Program-made: the position numbers and the translations under genes
Source of the DNA: Minisyncoccota bacterium
GTDB lineage: Bacteria > Patescibacteriota > Minisyncoccia > Phycocordibacterales > UBA6065
Assembly: GCA_035546035.1 (NCBI GenBank)
Contig: DASZXC010000008.1
Span: forward strand, 252,265-316,264
DNA: 64,000 nucleotides
Direction: 5' to 3'
The notes under the pieces: generated by a model
The model's input: only the letters and a program-made list of their open reading frames with translations
Database searches by the model: none
What the model was told of the DNA's origin: nothing
Part shown: one piece after another, positions 34,265 to 43,932 of the stretch
Position numbering within the stretch: position 1 is the stretch's first letter
Layout of the letters: each line of letters begins with the position of its first letter

Positions 34265-35314
34265 TAAATATAGCTGTTCTTTTATATGCTTTTTTGTCGC
34301 AGACTCCCCTTTGTTATTGCTTTTGAAACGGAGATAGTTGATTTCCTTCATTTGAACGCTTCCAAACTCACTAAGTATTTTTAGAATCTCTGCCTGAGGC
34401 ATAATACCTTCAGAGTTGTAACTAAGAAGTAGGCATTTGTATTTTGCTTCACTCACTACAGTTTTTAATGCTCTGAGTGCACTATTTGGATTACAGAATT
34501 CTGACTTCTGTTCACTGTAATCTCGCATACCCGTAATCCCCTTTATCGCTGGATTGTCATATCTCGCAATTGTCTCCAGTAAATGATAATTTGGTGCATA
34601 CTGTCTTTCGTTATATGGAGGATCAAGGTAGAGAACATCAACCTTTAAGTCCGATATTAAATCCATGCTATTTTTGTTATAGACACGGTAATTTCTCTTC
34701 CCGGTGTAAAGCTTTATAGGTTTTATCTCGAATCTTTTCAAAGATCTCGGGTCGTATTTTTTTAAGAAAGCGGCATATACACCAGAAATATTTGCGTAAA
34801 AGGGTACACTTTCGATCAAACATGCCAGTAGCACAAAATATTCATTTTCTGAAATTATTTTTTCTTTTCTCCATAATTCAATCTGTTGGCGTTGGGCATC
34901 AATTTTCTCCGCGTTCTTTCCAGTTAAATATTTACGTATGAATTGCTCGTTCCGCGTTCCTTCTTCAGTGTAGTTTTCATATATAAACCCTTTGATACCG
35001 CCCAAATTATTAAGATAGAACAAGACCTGTTCTAGGGAATTTGAGAATAGAGCCTCTGATGCGGTTGTTCCGATCCTGTTTAAAAGCCTCGCAAATCTAA
35101 CCTCCTCATTATTTTCTATATAAGCTTTCTGTAATACGAAAGAGAAGTACATTAGATCCGATGAAAGGACAGAGTAACCCTTTTCCTTAAAGAATCTACC
35201 TACGTTTGATGTACCGGAAAAAAAGTCACAAAAGGTGCCGTCTTGGAATCCTAAATCAACGACGGTTGAGTGTATTTTCTCCAGGAGCTTTTCTTTGTTT
35301 CCGATGAATCTCAT
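34250..35314 (-). CDS. N6-adenine DNA methyltransferase, D12 family (M.NlaIII/M.HpyI-like)
   Basis: FIGNK, CDFFSGT, YLDPPYN..QYAPNYHLLETI, LSYNSEG. Confidence 0.92.
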   Translation of the reverse strand: MRFIGNKEKLLEKIHSTVVDLGFQDGTFCDFFSGTSNVGRFFKEKGYSVLSSDLMYFSFVLQKAYIENNEEVRFARLLNRIGTTASEALFSNSLEQVLFYLNNLGGIKGFIYENYTEEGTRNEQFIRKYLTGKNAEKIDAQRQQIELWRKEKIISENEYFVLLACLIESVPFYANISGVYAAFLKKYDPRSLKRFEIKPIKLYTGKRNYRVYNKNSMDLISDLKVDVLYLDPPYNERQYAPNYHLLETIARYDNPAIKGITGMRDYSEQKSEFCNPNSALRALKTVVSEAKYKCLLLSYNSEGIMPQAEILKILSEFGSVQMKEINYLRFKSNNKGESATKKHIKEQLYLLQRK

Positions 35315-36423
35315 TAGTAGTTGGTGATTAATACCTCAGACACTTTTCCTCTTTTGGTTGTATTTGAGTTGAGAGAACGACTAGATTGTACCGTATAAAT
35401 GTTGAAATCTTTATAGAGATCTCTTATGAACTTACAATCCGAATTCGAAAGCATTACATAAGCGCCTTTTTTATGTAATTCAGTGACGGTTTTTCTGAGT
35501 CTTATTTGATCTTCCTCGTAAAACCTTTCTTTGGTATACCTCGTAAAGTCTGAAGTCTTCGAGATCGGGTAGTAGGGAGGATCAAAAAAAACGAGGTCCT
35601 TTTTTGCTACATTTTTCGTTGCTTCCTCAAAATCAGAACATTCCAAAGAAGTCTTCTTGAGGGTTTTTGAAGCTTTTAGAATTGTCTCTGCGTCGCATAT
35701 AACCTTATCTAGTGAACTACCAATAGGGACATTAAATTGCCCTTTTCCATTTACTCTGTAAATACCATTAAAACAGGTTTGGTTTAAATAAATTGCCCGG
35801 GCGGCTATTTCATAGTTTCTGAAATGGCTAAAAAGATTGTAATTTCTATCCAAATTTCTTATGTGCTCGTAGAGTTTTTCGGAGTGTCTTTCTTTTAGTT
35901 TTTTCAGGGTATCAATTACTAGTTCAGGAAAATCACGGACAGCTTTATAGGTTTCAAGTAATTCTCGGTTATTGTCATTGAGAAATGATTTTTCTGGATT
36001 AAGCTCAAAGAATATCGCGCCCCCTCCAAGGAAGGGCTCAAAATAGCGATTATATTTTTTTGGGAAGTAATTTTTGTATTGTGCAACCATGCCTCTCTTA
36101 CCTCCAACCCACTGTAAGAAAGGTTTAGGACGATTTTTTTCGTGATTTTCTGCCTCTCTCTGTGAATTGTTGGTTAACGGAAATTTCTCGAGTTCCTTTT
36201 TTAAGATGGATTCTTTAAAAGAGATTAAATTCGATGGGTCACATTGTAGATAGTTACAAAGGGTATCGATGGTCGTCAGATCTATTCTTGTTGTTTTCTT
36301 GTTAGCAATTGCGTGTCCTTGCTGGTAACTAAGACCAGTATCTTTACATAATTTATAAAGAGTTTTCCCCTCCCTCTCTAAAATTTTCTTTAGGTTTATT
36401 TCTATACTCATTATGTTCTTCAT
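35314..36423 (-). CDS. Cro/XRE HTH fused to a Dam-like adenine methyltransferase
   Basis: N-terminal HTH (LYKLCKDTGLSY..TIDTLCNYL), then WVGGK, EPFLGGG, FNGIYRVN..FNVP, DPPY. Confidence 0.92.
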   Translation of the reverse strand: MKNIMSIEINLKKILEREGKTLYKLCKDTGLSYQQGHAIANKKTTRIDLTTIDTLCNYLQCDPSNLISFKESILKKELEKFPLTNNSQREAENHEKNRPKPFLQWVGGKRGMVAQYKNYFPKKYNRYFEPFLGGGAIFFELNPEKSFLNDNNRELLETYKAVRDFPELVIDTLKKLKERHSEKLYEHIRNLDRNYNLFSHFRNYEIAARAIYLNQTCFNGIYRVNGKGQFNVPIGSSLDKVICDAETILKASKTLKKTSLECSDFEEATKNVAKKDLVFFDPPYYPISKTSDFTRYTKERFYEEDQIRLRKTVTELHKKGAYVMLSNSDCKFIRDLYKDFNIYTVQSSRSLNSNTTKRGKVSEVLITNY

Positions 36424-36450
36424 TATATCAATAATGATTGATATAATGAA
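36419..36450. promoter_or_regulatory. 14-bp-arm inverted repeat, putative operator of the HTH-MTase
   Basis: TTCATTATATCAAT-aatg-ATTGATATAATGAA overlaps the start codon and carries TATAAT on both strands. Confidence 0.65.
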
Positions 36451-36532
36451 CCAGAGTGCCTGTTGATATCCTTGTCTTCTTCTTAAGCACTCTTTATTTT
36501 CCAGAACTCAGATCTCATATATAATCTTCTCT

Positions 36533-37225
36533 ATGCTCAAACGCACCTGGTTCCCTGGCCTCGTCGCCCTTATAATCGTCTTCTGTGTCTACTGGTTCGG
36601 AATACGCGATAGTGGCCCGTCTACGACCCTCGATCCTTACAACCAAAACCCTGCCGCGCAGAATCCAGGTATCTCCAACAGCCAAATCCAAACTCCGACC
36701 CAGCAAGAGACTCCTTCTACAAGCGATATAAAAACCATCATGGATAACATCACGACCGCGACCCTTCACACGAATAAAGGCGACATCACGATCCAGTTCA
36801 ACCCGGAGACGCCGATCACCGCGGCTAATTTCGTGAAGCTCGCCAAGGCCGGCTTCTATAACGGCACGAAATTCCACCGCGTCATCAAGGGCTTCATGGA
36901 CCAGGGCGGCGATCCTTTTTCCAAGGACGATTCGCTCATGGCTCGATGGGGAACGGGCGGTCCCGGCTATCAGTTCGAGGACGAGATCGGTCCTGATAAC
37001 AAGAACGATGTCGGCACCATCGCCATGGCCAATGCCGGTCCTAATACCAATGGCAGCCAGTTCTTCCTGAATGCGGCGGCGAATAATTTCCTCGACGACA
37101 AGCACACCGTATTCGGCAAGGTGACCAAGGGCCTCGACATCGTTATGGCCATCAACAATGTGCAGACCGATGAAAACGACCGACCTGTGTCGCCGGTCGT
37201 GATTGAGAGCGTCGATTTGAAATAA
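36533..37225 (+). CDS. Cyclophilin-type peptidyl-prolyl isomerase, membrane-anchored
   Basis: FHRVIKGFMDQGGDP, GGPGY, MANAGPNTNGSQFF, HTVFG. Confidence 0.95.
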   Translation: MLKRTWFPGLVALIIVFCVYWFGIRDSGPSTTLDPYNQNPAAQNPGISNSQIQTPTQQETPSTSDIKTIMDNITTATLHTNKGDITIQFNPETPITAANFVKLAKAGFYNGTKFHRVIKGFMDQGGDPFSKDDSLMARWGTGGPGYQFEDEIGPDNKNDVGTIAMANAGPNTNGSQFFLNAAANNFLDDKHTVFGKVTKGLDIVMAINNVQTDENDRPVSPVVIESVDLK

Positions 37226-37255
37226 GGCGGCGCATTTACTGATAACGCTGAAATA

Positions 37256-37522
37256 ATGGCCGCATATTATCTCTATATGGTCTCCTGCGCCGACGGCACG
37301 CTCTATACCGGCATCACGACCGATCTGGATCGAAGGATGGCCGAGCACAATGCGGGCGGCAAAGCGGGCGCGAAGTACACGCATGCCCGCCTGCCGGTCC
37401 AATTGGCGTATTCAAAGAAATATAAAGACCGCTCGTCCGCATCCATCGCCGAAGCGGCTCTGAAGAAGCTTTCCCGCGAGGAAAAGATGGAGATGATAGC
37501 GGTGGAGGCTTTGATAGGGTAG
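37256..37522 (+). CDS. GIY-YIG nuclease (UPF0213-like)
   Basis: YLYMVSCADGTLYTGITTDLDRR..HN..GAKYT. Confidence 0.92.
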   Translation: MAAYYLYMVSCADGTLYTGITTDLDRRMAEHNAGGKAGAKYTHARLPVQLAYSKKYKDRSSASIAEAALKKLSREEKMEMIAVEALIG

Positions 37523-37548
37523 GCGTTCGCCTGGACATAAGAGAGAAA

Positions 37549-37580
37549 AAAGCCCCGCGTTCGTACGAACGCGGGGCTTT
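37549..37580. terminator. Bidirectional terminator
   Basis: Palindrome AAAGCCCCGCGTTCGT/ACGAACGCGGGGCTTT between convergent genes. Confidence 0.8.
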
Positions 37581-37596
37581 GGATTTTTAAGCGCTT

Positions 37597-38064
37597 TCAG
37601 ATCAATTCCCAGGTCTTCTTCTCGCAATCGATGGCGATGCCGTGACCGCGGTCGAATTGCTGCCTCGGGATGGTGGGCATCTTCAACACCACCGATCCGA
37701 ATGAATGGGGAAGCTGTTCCGCCATTTCGAGATGAGTGATCACGACGAGGGTTTCCATGTTCTCGCGGCAGCCGTCTATCGCCGCAAGCGCATGGGACAC
37801 GAAGCAATTCCTTTCGTCAGAGTAGAGCCCAGGGAATGTCTTGGTCCGGAATATGCTGCCGGTGCCGATCTGGATCCAGTAAGCGGTGCGGATCGCCCGC
37901 AGGGCTTCCGACGAGATCACGATAGTTTTTCCCGGTCTGGAATTGAACCGCTCCTTGATGAGCTTGCCTAATTCGACGGCTCGGTCATTGCCTGCTTGGG
38001 TGAGAAACTTGCCTGAATCGTCGGCGTCGCAATGCCGGAGGATGATGAGTCTTTTGAGGTCCAT
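37597..38064 (-). CDS. Histidine phosphatase superfamily protein (SixA-like)
   Basis: IILRH, LT..G, SS.A.RA.RTA, VVITH. Confidence 0.75.
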   Translation of the reverse strand: MDLKRLIILRHCDADDSGKFLTQAGNDRAVELGKLIKERFNSRPGKTIVISSEALRAIRTAYWIQIGTGSIFRTKTFPGLYSDERNCFVSHALAAIDGCRENMETLVVITHLEMAEQLPHSFGSVVLKMPTIPRQQFDRGHGIAIDCEKKTWELI

Positions 38065-38152
38065 ACAAGAGCGTTGTTTATCCTGTATTACCATTTGAGC
38101 CTTTTATTGTCCATTAGTATGGCTCTATCACTGGTTATCCACAGGCTTATCC

Positions 38153-38181
38153 TTGCAGGTGAACCTTAGTTCACTTATACT
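38153..38181 (+). promoter_or_regulatory. Promoter with a LexA-box-like palindrome in its spacer
   Basis: TTGCAG-N17-TATACT enclosing GTGAAC-CTTA-GTTCAC; DnaA box TTATCCACA at 38135-38143. Confidence 0.65.
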
Positions 38182-38231
38182 TATCGCATAACGTTTAGCG
38201 CCCGCGAATGGGCGAGATAACCAAAACGAAT

Positions 38232-38429
38232 ATGAGCAAATACGAATTGCGAAAGACGATCAAAAGGGAATTAAAAGACCTCAACTGGAAGATAGACATG
38301 AAGATAGTCCGCGGCCTTCCATACAGGACCGAGGCCCGCAGGCACAAATTCCTCATCATGCAGCTCAACAGGCTTTCGAAGAGCTCTACGGGCATTCTTT
38401 CGGCATTCTTCGATCGCGTAGCGGCGTAA
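38232..38429 (+). CDS. Small basic hypothetical protein upstream of lexA
   Basis: 65-aa helical, Lys/Arg-rich ORF downstream of a clear promoter. Confidence 0.7.
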   Translation: MSKYELRKTIKRELKDLNWKIDMKIVRGLPYRTEARRHKFLIMQLNRLSKSSTGILSAFFDRVAA

Positions 38430-38469
38430 GGCGGGGCTGATTATTGTAGAAAGAGGGTATAATTCATCC

Positions 38470-39036
38470 ATGATCGAAACCTATAAGAAAAAGATCATAG
38501 CCTTCTACGAACGGCATAAGCGCATGCCGGGGTATAAGGAATTGATGGATATCACGGGTTTCAAATCCAAGAATGCGGTCTACAAGATGATCAACAAGCT
38601 CGTCGAGCTCGGCGTTATTACGAAGGACGGCGAGGGCAGGATCGCCCTTGTGCGATCGGGGAGCGAGATACCCATGCTCGGTCTTGTCGAAGCCGGTATC
38701 CCGACGGTGGCGGAAGAATCCGATCTCGATGTCCTGAATCTCAACACCTATCTCGTTGAGGACAGGGAGAGTTCGTACCTGCTCGAGGTCAAGGGCGACT
38801 CTATGATAGAAGAGGGTATAAGGGAAGGTGACCTCGTGGTTGCGGAGAAGCGCGGCGATGCGAAGGAAGGCGATATCGTCATCGCCGAAGTGGATGGAGG
38901 CTGGACGATGAAATACTACCGAAAGAAGGGCAGCCAGATCTATCTAGAGCCTGCCAACAAGAAATACAAGCCGATCTATCCCGAATACGATCTCAAGATC
39001 GCGGCTATCGTGAGGGGAGTGATACGCAAATACTAG
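38470..39036 (+). CDS. lexA: LexA repressor
   Basis: Winged helix, Ala-Gly cleavage site (EAG), GDSM serine and TMK lysine. Confidence 0.9.
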   Translation: MIETYKKKIIAFYERHKRMPGYKELMDITGFKSKNAVYKMINKLVELGVITKDGEGRIALVRSGSEIPMLGLVEAGIPTVAEESDLDVLNLNTYLVEDRESSYLLEVKGDSMIEEGIREGDLVVAEKRGDAKEGDIVIAEVDGGWTMKYYRKKGSQIYLEPANKKYKPIYPEYDLKIAAIVRGVIRKY

Positions 39037-39037
39037 T

Positions 39038-39421
39038 ATGCAGGAATTCGAGCTTATGGCGGCGGTCGCATACGATCGACTGCCGGAATGGGTGCGCACC
39101 AGAATGAAGAACGTCGCCATAACGATCGAAGATTTCGTAGATACCGATACTGTCCGTGATATGGGCCTTGAAGACCATATGGGACTTCTCGGTCTCTATA
39201 AAGGCGTGCCGCAGACCGAACGGACGATTGCCGCAGGATTCGAGATGCCTGATACGATCGTCCTCTACCGCATGCCGATACTGGAAGAGGCTTCGGATTC
39301 TGGAAAACCGATCGAAGATGTCTTATTCGAGACTCTTTGGCACGAGATCGCGCATCATTTTGGCCTCACCGAAGAGGACGTCGAGAAAAGGGAAAGCGAA
39401 GAGTTCGGCGAGCCTGTATAA
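39038..39421 (+). CDS. Zincin_1 family metallopeptidase
   Basis: LLGLYKGVP, PDTIVLYR, HEIAHHFG. Confidence 0.9.
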   Translation: MQEFELMAAVAYDRLPEWVRTRMKNVAITIEDFVDTDTVRDMGLEDHMGLLGLYKGVPQTERTIAAGFEMPDTIVLYRMPILEEASDSGKPIEDVLFETLWHEIAHHFGLTEEDVEKRESEEFGEPV

Positions 39422-39428
39422 TCTGCCT

Positions 39429-39815
39429 ATGGAAAATACAACTCATACGAAAACGATCTGGGCATGGCTTATTATCGCGATCCTTGTGGTCCTCGCATAT
39501 GTTTCTTTTCATATGATTAAGAGAGGCGGTGATATCGATGTCCCGCCGGGCTTCGTCGGTCCTAAAAACGACATCGTGAATGACGTCGTATTCGCGTGCA
39601 CGGCAGGAAAAAGCATCCATGCCGTATTTCATACGACTAATACGGTCGACCTCGTCCTTTCTGACGGCCGCGCTCTCTCTATTCCGCAGGTCATATCTGC
39701 ATCCGGCGCTCGCTATGCCGACGCCGACGAATCATTCGTCTTCTGGAACAAGGGCAACACAGCGTTCATACAAGAAAAAGGAGCGACGACGTTCGCAGGC
39801 TGCGCTATCAAATAG
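39429..39815 (+). CDS. MliC/PliC-family lysozyme inhibitor-like protein
   Basis: SASGARY..FWNKGN with a Cys pair; N-terminal TM. Confidence 0.88.
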   Translation: MENTTHTKTIWAWLIIAILVVLAYVSFHMIKRGGDIDVPPGFVGPKNDIVNDVVFACTAGKSIHAVFHTTNTVDLVLSDGRALSIPQVISASGARYADADESFVFWNKGNTAFIQEKGATTFAGCAIK

Positions 39816-39818
39816 CTG

Positions 39819-41168
39819 CTAGGCCTTTTTAGCAGCATCTGTTCCCGCGACCCATCCCGTAGACCAGCAGAGCTGGAGGCTGTATCCGCCCGAAGGCCTT
39901 TCGATATCTAGAACGTCTCCGACCAGATACAGATTCGGCACGATGCGCGATTTCATAGTCTTGAAATCGACTTCTTCGAGCTTTACGCCGCCCGATGCGA
40001 CGATGGCTTTCTCTTTGCCGAGGAATCCGATGGGCGTCATGCGCATGTCTTTCAGGATCTTTACGAGGCGAAGGCGCTCTTCGCGCGTAACGATATTGAT
40101 CTCTTTTTCAGGGTCGAGCTGCGCCAATTCGATGACGGCCGAAGACATCGCCGGCGTGACGAGGTCTTTGATCGCATTCTTTACCTTCTTATTGGAATTA
40201 GCCGTAAACGATTCCTGCGCTTTTTTATCCAAAGCTGCATTGTCGAAATCGGGCATTATGTCGAGCGAAAGCTCTACTTTGTCGCCGGGCTGGGCGTACT
40301 GGAGCGATTCGCGGACGTCCTTCGAGAAATTGATAGCCAGAGGGCCGCTGATGCCGAAATGGGCGAATACCATGCGGCCGACGAGCGATTTTCCCCGCGA
40401 TTCTTTGCCGTTCTCTTTTACATTTTCCGCGCCTTGGCCAGCAGCCCGTTTTTCGATGATCGTCAGTTTCGCGTGCTGATTGGAAACGCCCGATAGCTCG
40501 CGCACCCATTTTTCGCCGATCTTTATGGGAACGAGGGCGGCATCAGGCTCGACGATGGTATGGCCCGCTTTGCGGAGCCATTCGAATCCCTCGCCCGTTG
40601 AACCGGTTTCAGGATGCGATGTGCCGCCAGTCGCGATGATGTATGAATCAGCGACGATGGTTTCGATCACTTTCGCGCCGCTTTTACTTTCGCCGCGCAT
40701 CACGTTCACGCCCACGATCTTGCCGTCCTGGATGTGAAGCCCTTTGGCCGAGACGCCTGACGCGACTTCGACCTTAGTATCCTTCATATATTTGACGAGC
40801 ACGTCCCACACCGATTTTGCGCTGTTGGATAGAGGGAAGACGCGACCTTCGTTTTCGACTTTGGTCGGCATATTGCGGCCGTTGAAAAAAGCGAGCGACT
40901 CGGCGACCGCATGCTGCGCGAAGGTCGAGAACAGGAATTTGCCCTTGCCCTTGAGCTTGCCGAGGAACGCGCGGATATCAGGCGTATCGTTCGTGACGTT
41001 GCATCGCCCGCCGCCGGTGATGAGGAGCTTCTTGCCGAGACCCTCGTTCTTTTCGATCAGAACGACCGATGCGCCCGATTCAGCCGCGCGCCCGGCCGCC
41101 ATCATGCCCGCCGGGCCTCCGCCGATGACGCAGACGTCATATCTTTCCTTAAAAGCGCCTTTCTTCAT
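39819..41168 (-). CDS. HI0933/BaiN-family flavoprotein
   Basis: GGGPAGMMAA, GKKLLITGGGRCNVTN, GRVFP, GGYSLQ. Confidence 0.93.
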   Translation of the reverse strand: MKKGAFKERYDVCVIGGGPAGMMAAGRAAESGASVVLIEKNEGLGKKLLITGGGRCNVTNDTPDIRAFLGKLKGKGKFLFSTFAQHAVAESLAFFNGRNMPTKVENEGRVFPLSNSAKSVWDVLVKYMKDTKVEVASGVSAKGLHIQDGKIVGVNVMRGESKSGAKVIETIVADSYIIATGGTSHPETGSTGEGFEWLRKAGHTIVEPDAALVPIKIGEKWVRELSGVSNQHAKLTIIEKRAAGQGAENVKENGKESRGKSLVGRMVFAHFGISGPLAINFSKDVRESLQYAQPGDKVELSLDIMPDFDNAALDKKAQESFTANSNKKVKNAIKDLVTPAMSSAVIELAQLDPEKEINIVTREERLRLVKILKDMRMTPIGFLGKEKAIVASGGVKLEEVDFKTMKSRIVPNLYLVGDVLDIERPSGGYSLQLCWSTGWVAGTDAAKKA

Positions 41169-41230
41169 AACGAGAACAGGCTACCATGGAATCTCGTAGT
41201 ATCATATGTACATCCGATAATTTCACTTTT

Positions 41231-41872
41231 ATGGCTTCATCAGAAAAACACATAGAGGCAAAGACGATACTCGTATTCGCGGTCATCGCTCTGGCGGCGG
41301 TCGCTCTGGCTTGGTTCATATTCGCTCCGAAATCCGAGGATTATGAGACGACGGGCAATGGTTCGACTACTTCTCCGGTAACGGCGAACGGCACGTTCTA
41401 TTCGAATCAGGATATGGCATTCAGCGTCACGGTGCCTGTCGGATTCACCGTAGACGAATCGTATATAAACCAGAATCTCGGTCCTGGCCGGGAGATTCCG
41501 GGCATCGCATTCAAAATCCCGGCGTCCGTCGCGGCAGGCACGAATCTGTCTGCCGATTCAAAGGTCTCCGTCGAAGAGCTTTCCGACGTGGACTGCATGC
41601 CTGCCGATTTTCTTTACCAACCGCGATCGTCGGCTCCCGTCGCTATCGGGTCTAATCGGTTCATTGTGGCAACTTCAGCCGATGCGGGCGCCGGGAATAT
41701 ATATGAAGAGACCGTCTATGTGACCGAACGCGGCAGCCGCTGCTATGCGGTCCGCTATTTCATCCATTACGGCAATATCGGCAATTATCCCGCGGGCGCG
41801 GTGAAAGAATTCGATCGTGCCGCGCTCGTACGATCGTTCGATGCGATCACTGCAAGCCTTAGGCTCATATAG
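41231..41872 (+). CDS. Membrane-anchored extracytoplasmic hypothetical protein
   Basis: N-terminal TM and DAGAGNIYE motif; PsbP-like fold possible. Confidence 0.8.
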   Translation: MASSEKHIEAKTILVFAVIALAAVALAWFIFAPKSEDYETTGNGSTTSPVTANGTFYSNQDMAFSVTVPVGFTVDESYINQNLGPGREIPGIAFKIPASVAAGTNLSADSKVSVEELSDVDCMPADFLYQPRSSAPVAIGSNRFIVATSADAGAGNIYEETVYVTERGSRCYAVRYFIHYGNIGNYPAGAVKEFDRAALVRSFDAITASLRLI

Positions 41873-41873
41873 C

Positions 41874-42455
41874 ATGGCCGCGCTCGCTGAAAAGAAGAAG
41901 GGATCGTCTCTTGTATACGCAGGGGCGGCGCTTCTTATCGTCGTCGGCGCGTATGCGTATCATATGTATCCCTCGTCTTCGACCGCGCTCACCGACAAGA
42001 CGGCGAAAAGCTATACTTCCGCCCAATTCGGCATTTCATTCCTATACCCGCATGGATATACGATCAAGGAAGATAATGTAGGTCCGTCGGCGCCTCTGCA
42101 TCACGTCATAACGTTCGTTCCGGAAGGATTGTCGGCCGTGCCTCAAAACAGCGAAGCGCCCGCAGGCATCGCGTTCGAAATCCGCGAGAACGAGCCTGTC
42201 GAGATGAGCGCCGAGACATTCATACGGACGGATCCGGCATCGAATTGGAATATAGCGACGAGCGGTATCGTGCCCAAGACCTATGGATCCGTATCAGGCA
42301 TGGAATATTCATGGTCCGGTCTGTATGAAGGCAGGTCTTTCGTCGTTGCTCGCCGCGGTTTCATCTATGTCTTCTCCGTGACAAGATTCGAACCGACCGA
42401 TGCGGCGCTTTCCGATTTTGATCGGATCCTTTCGACGCTCGAATTAGCTGAATAG
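41874..42455 (+). CDS. Membrane-anchored PsbP-like hypothetical protein
   Basis: TM, YTSAQFGISFLYP, FDRILSTL. Confidence 0.75.
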   Translation: MAALAEKKKGSSLVYAGAALLIVVGAYAYHMYPSSSTALTDKTAKSYTSAQFGISFLYPHGYTIKEDNVGPSAPLHHVITFVPEGLSAVPQNSEAPAGIAFEIRENEPVEMSAETFIRTDPASNWNIATSGIVPKTYGSVSGMEYSWSGLYEGRSFVVARRGFIYVFSVTRFEPTDAALSDFDRILSTLELAE

Positions 42456-42490
42456 ATCGGCGGTGAAAGGCGCTCTGGTATAATAGGCGC

Positions 42491-43864
42491 ATGAAGATCA
42501 ACCGGTCTCCCTGGATTCACCAGCTCGACAAGACCCGTGCGGTGGAAAAGCTCCGTGCTGACATCGAAACCGATATCGCCATCGTGGGCGCGGGTATCGC
42601 GGGCATAGCGACCGCGTTCTTTGTCCTGAAACATACGGACAAGAAAGTCGCCATCATAGAAAAGAGCCGCATCGCGCACGGCGCTACGGGACATAATGCG
42701 GGGCAGATCGTGAGCTATTTCGAAAGGCCGTTTACCGAGCTTTGCGAAGAGTTCGGGCTCGATCTGGCAGCGGAAGGCCAGCGATCGATAGAGCTTGCCT
42801 GGGAGCTTTTTGACGAAATGTATACCGAAGCGGGGCTCCGCATCCCGTTCTCGCGCTTCATCGGATATGACGGCCTTTCGACATACGACCAGGTCCTGGG
42901 GCATCTAAAGAACGCTGTCCTGCGCGCGAAGACGGGCTTGCCGATACAGGAGATGTGGCTCTCCGATCGGACAGCGTTTGCCGCCAATATCCCGAAAGAA
43001 TATGCGGGCTTCTATAAATTAGTCCCGCAAGAGGATATCCAGACGGCGCTCGAGACCGAAAAGAGAGGCTTCGTGGCGGTGACGCTCCATCATAAGGGCG
43101 TGGTCAATTCGGCGCTTTTTTCCGAACATGTCGCGGCGTATATAAAGCAGAAATACCGCGACCGGGTCATCATATATGAAGAGACTCCTATATTGAAGGT
43201 CGTCTTGCATGACAAGGATGCTGTGCTCGATGCGGGCACGCATATGGTGACAGCCGATCACGTCGTCCTGTGCACGAACGGCTTCGAGAACCTGACTATC
43301 CAGAACAAGGCCGGCATGGCTATCGATACCAAGTTCCATCACCTGGTGAACGGCGTCGTGGGGCGTATGTCCGGCTATCTGGAGAAGATGAACAAGCCGC
43401 CGATGGCCGCGAGCTATTACGTTCCCCCTGAAGGCGGCTTCGCTAACATGGACGACCCGTATTTCTATATCACTCGCCGCGAATATGAATATGAAAAGGG
43501 CGCGGACCATAACCTGGTCTGCCTCGGCGGCCCCCAGCACGATATCCCTGACCGCGAAGAGTATCTATATGAATTCGACTATCCTGAAGAAGTCCAGGTC
43601 GAAGTAGACAAGTTCGTTCGCGACCTCTACGCCGTCGAGCCGAACCGCAAGATCGAATACCAGTTCACCTGGCACGGTCTCATGGGATATACGCCGAACC
43701 GCGTCCGATTGATTGGCGCAGAGCCGAAGAACCAAGTCCTGTTATATAACCTCGGCTGTAATGGCGTCGGCATATTGCCGTCTATATACGGAGGCAAGCG
43801 TATCGCCCGCATCCTTTCCGGCGACAAGGTCGAGAAGTCCATATTCGATCCGAAGGAGCCGTAG
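42491..43864 (+). CDS. FAD-dependent oxidoreductase (DAO/PuuB-like)
   Basis: VGAGIAG, GATGHNAGQ, WHGLMGYT, GCNGVG. Confidence 0.9.
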   Translation: MKINRSPWIHQLDKTRAVEKLRADIETDIAIVGAGIAGIATAFFVLKHTDKKVAIIEKSRIAHGATGHNAGQIVSYFERPFTELCEEFGLDLAAEGQRSIELAWELFDEMYTEAGLRIPFSRFIGYDGLSTYDQVLGHLKNAVLRAKTGLPIQEMWLSDRTAFAANIPKEYAGFYKLVPQEDIQTALETEKRGFVAVTLHHKGVVNSALFSEHVAAYIKQKYRDRVIIYEETPILKVVLHDKDAVLDAGTHMVTADHVVLCTNGFENLTIQNKAGMAIDTKFHHLVNGVVGRMSGYLEKMNKPPMAASYYVPPEGGFANMDDPYFYITRREYEYEKGADHNLVCLGGPQHDIPDREEYLYEFDYPEEVQVEVDKFVRDLYAVEPNRKIEYQFTWHGLMGYTPNRVRLIGAEPKNQVLLYNLGCNGVGILPSIYGGKRIARILSGDKVEKSIFDPKEP

Positions 43865-43890
43865 GCGGATACAGAGGGCGGGGAAGAGGA

Positions 43891-43924
43891 AAGAAAAAGC
43901 GGCGCGCATGCACATGCGCGCCGC
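43891..43924 (-). terminator. Intrinsic terminator
   Basis: GCGGCGCGCATG-ca-CATGCGCGCCGC followed by a T-run on the minus strand. Confidence 0.7.
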
Positions 43925-43932
43925 AGTCGCTT

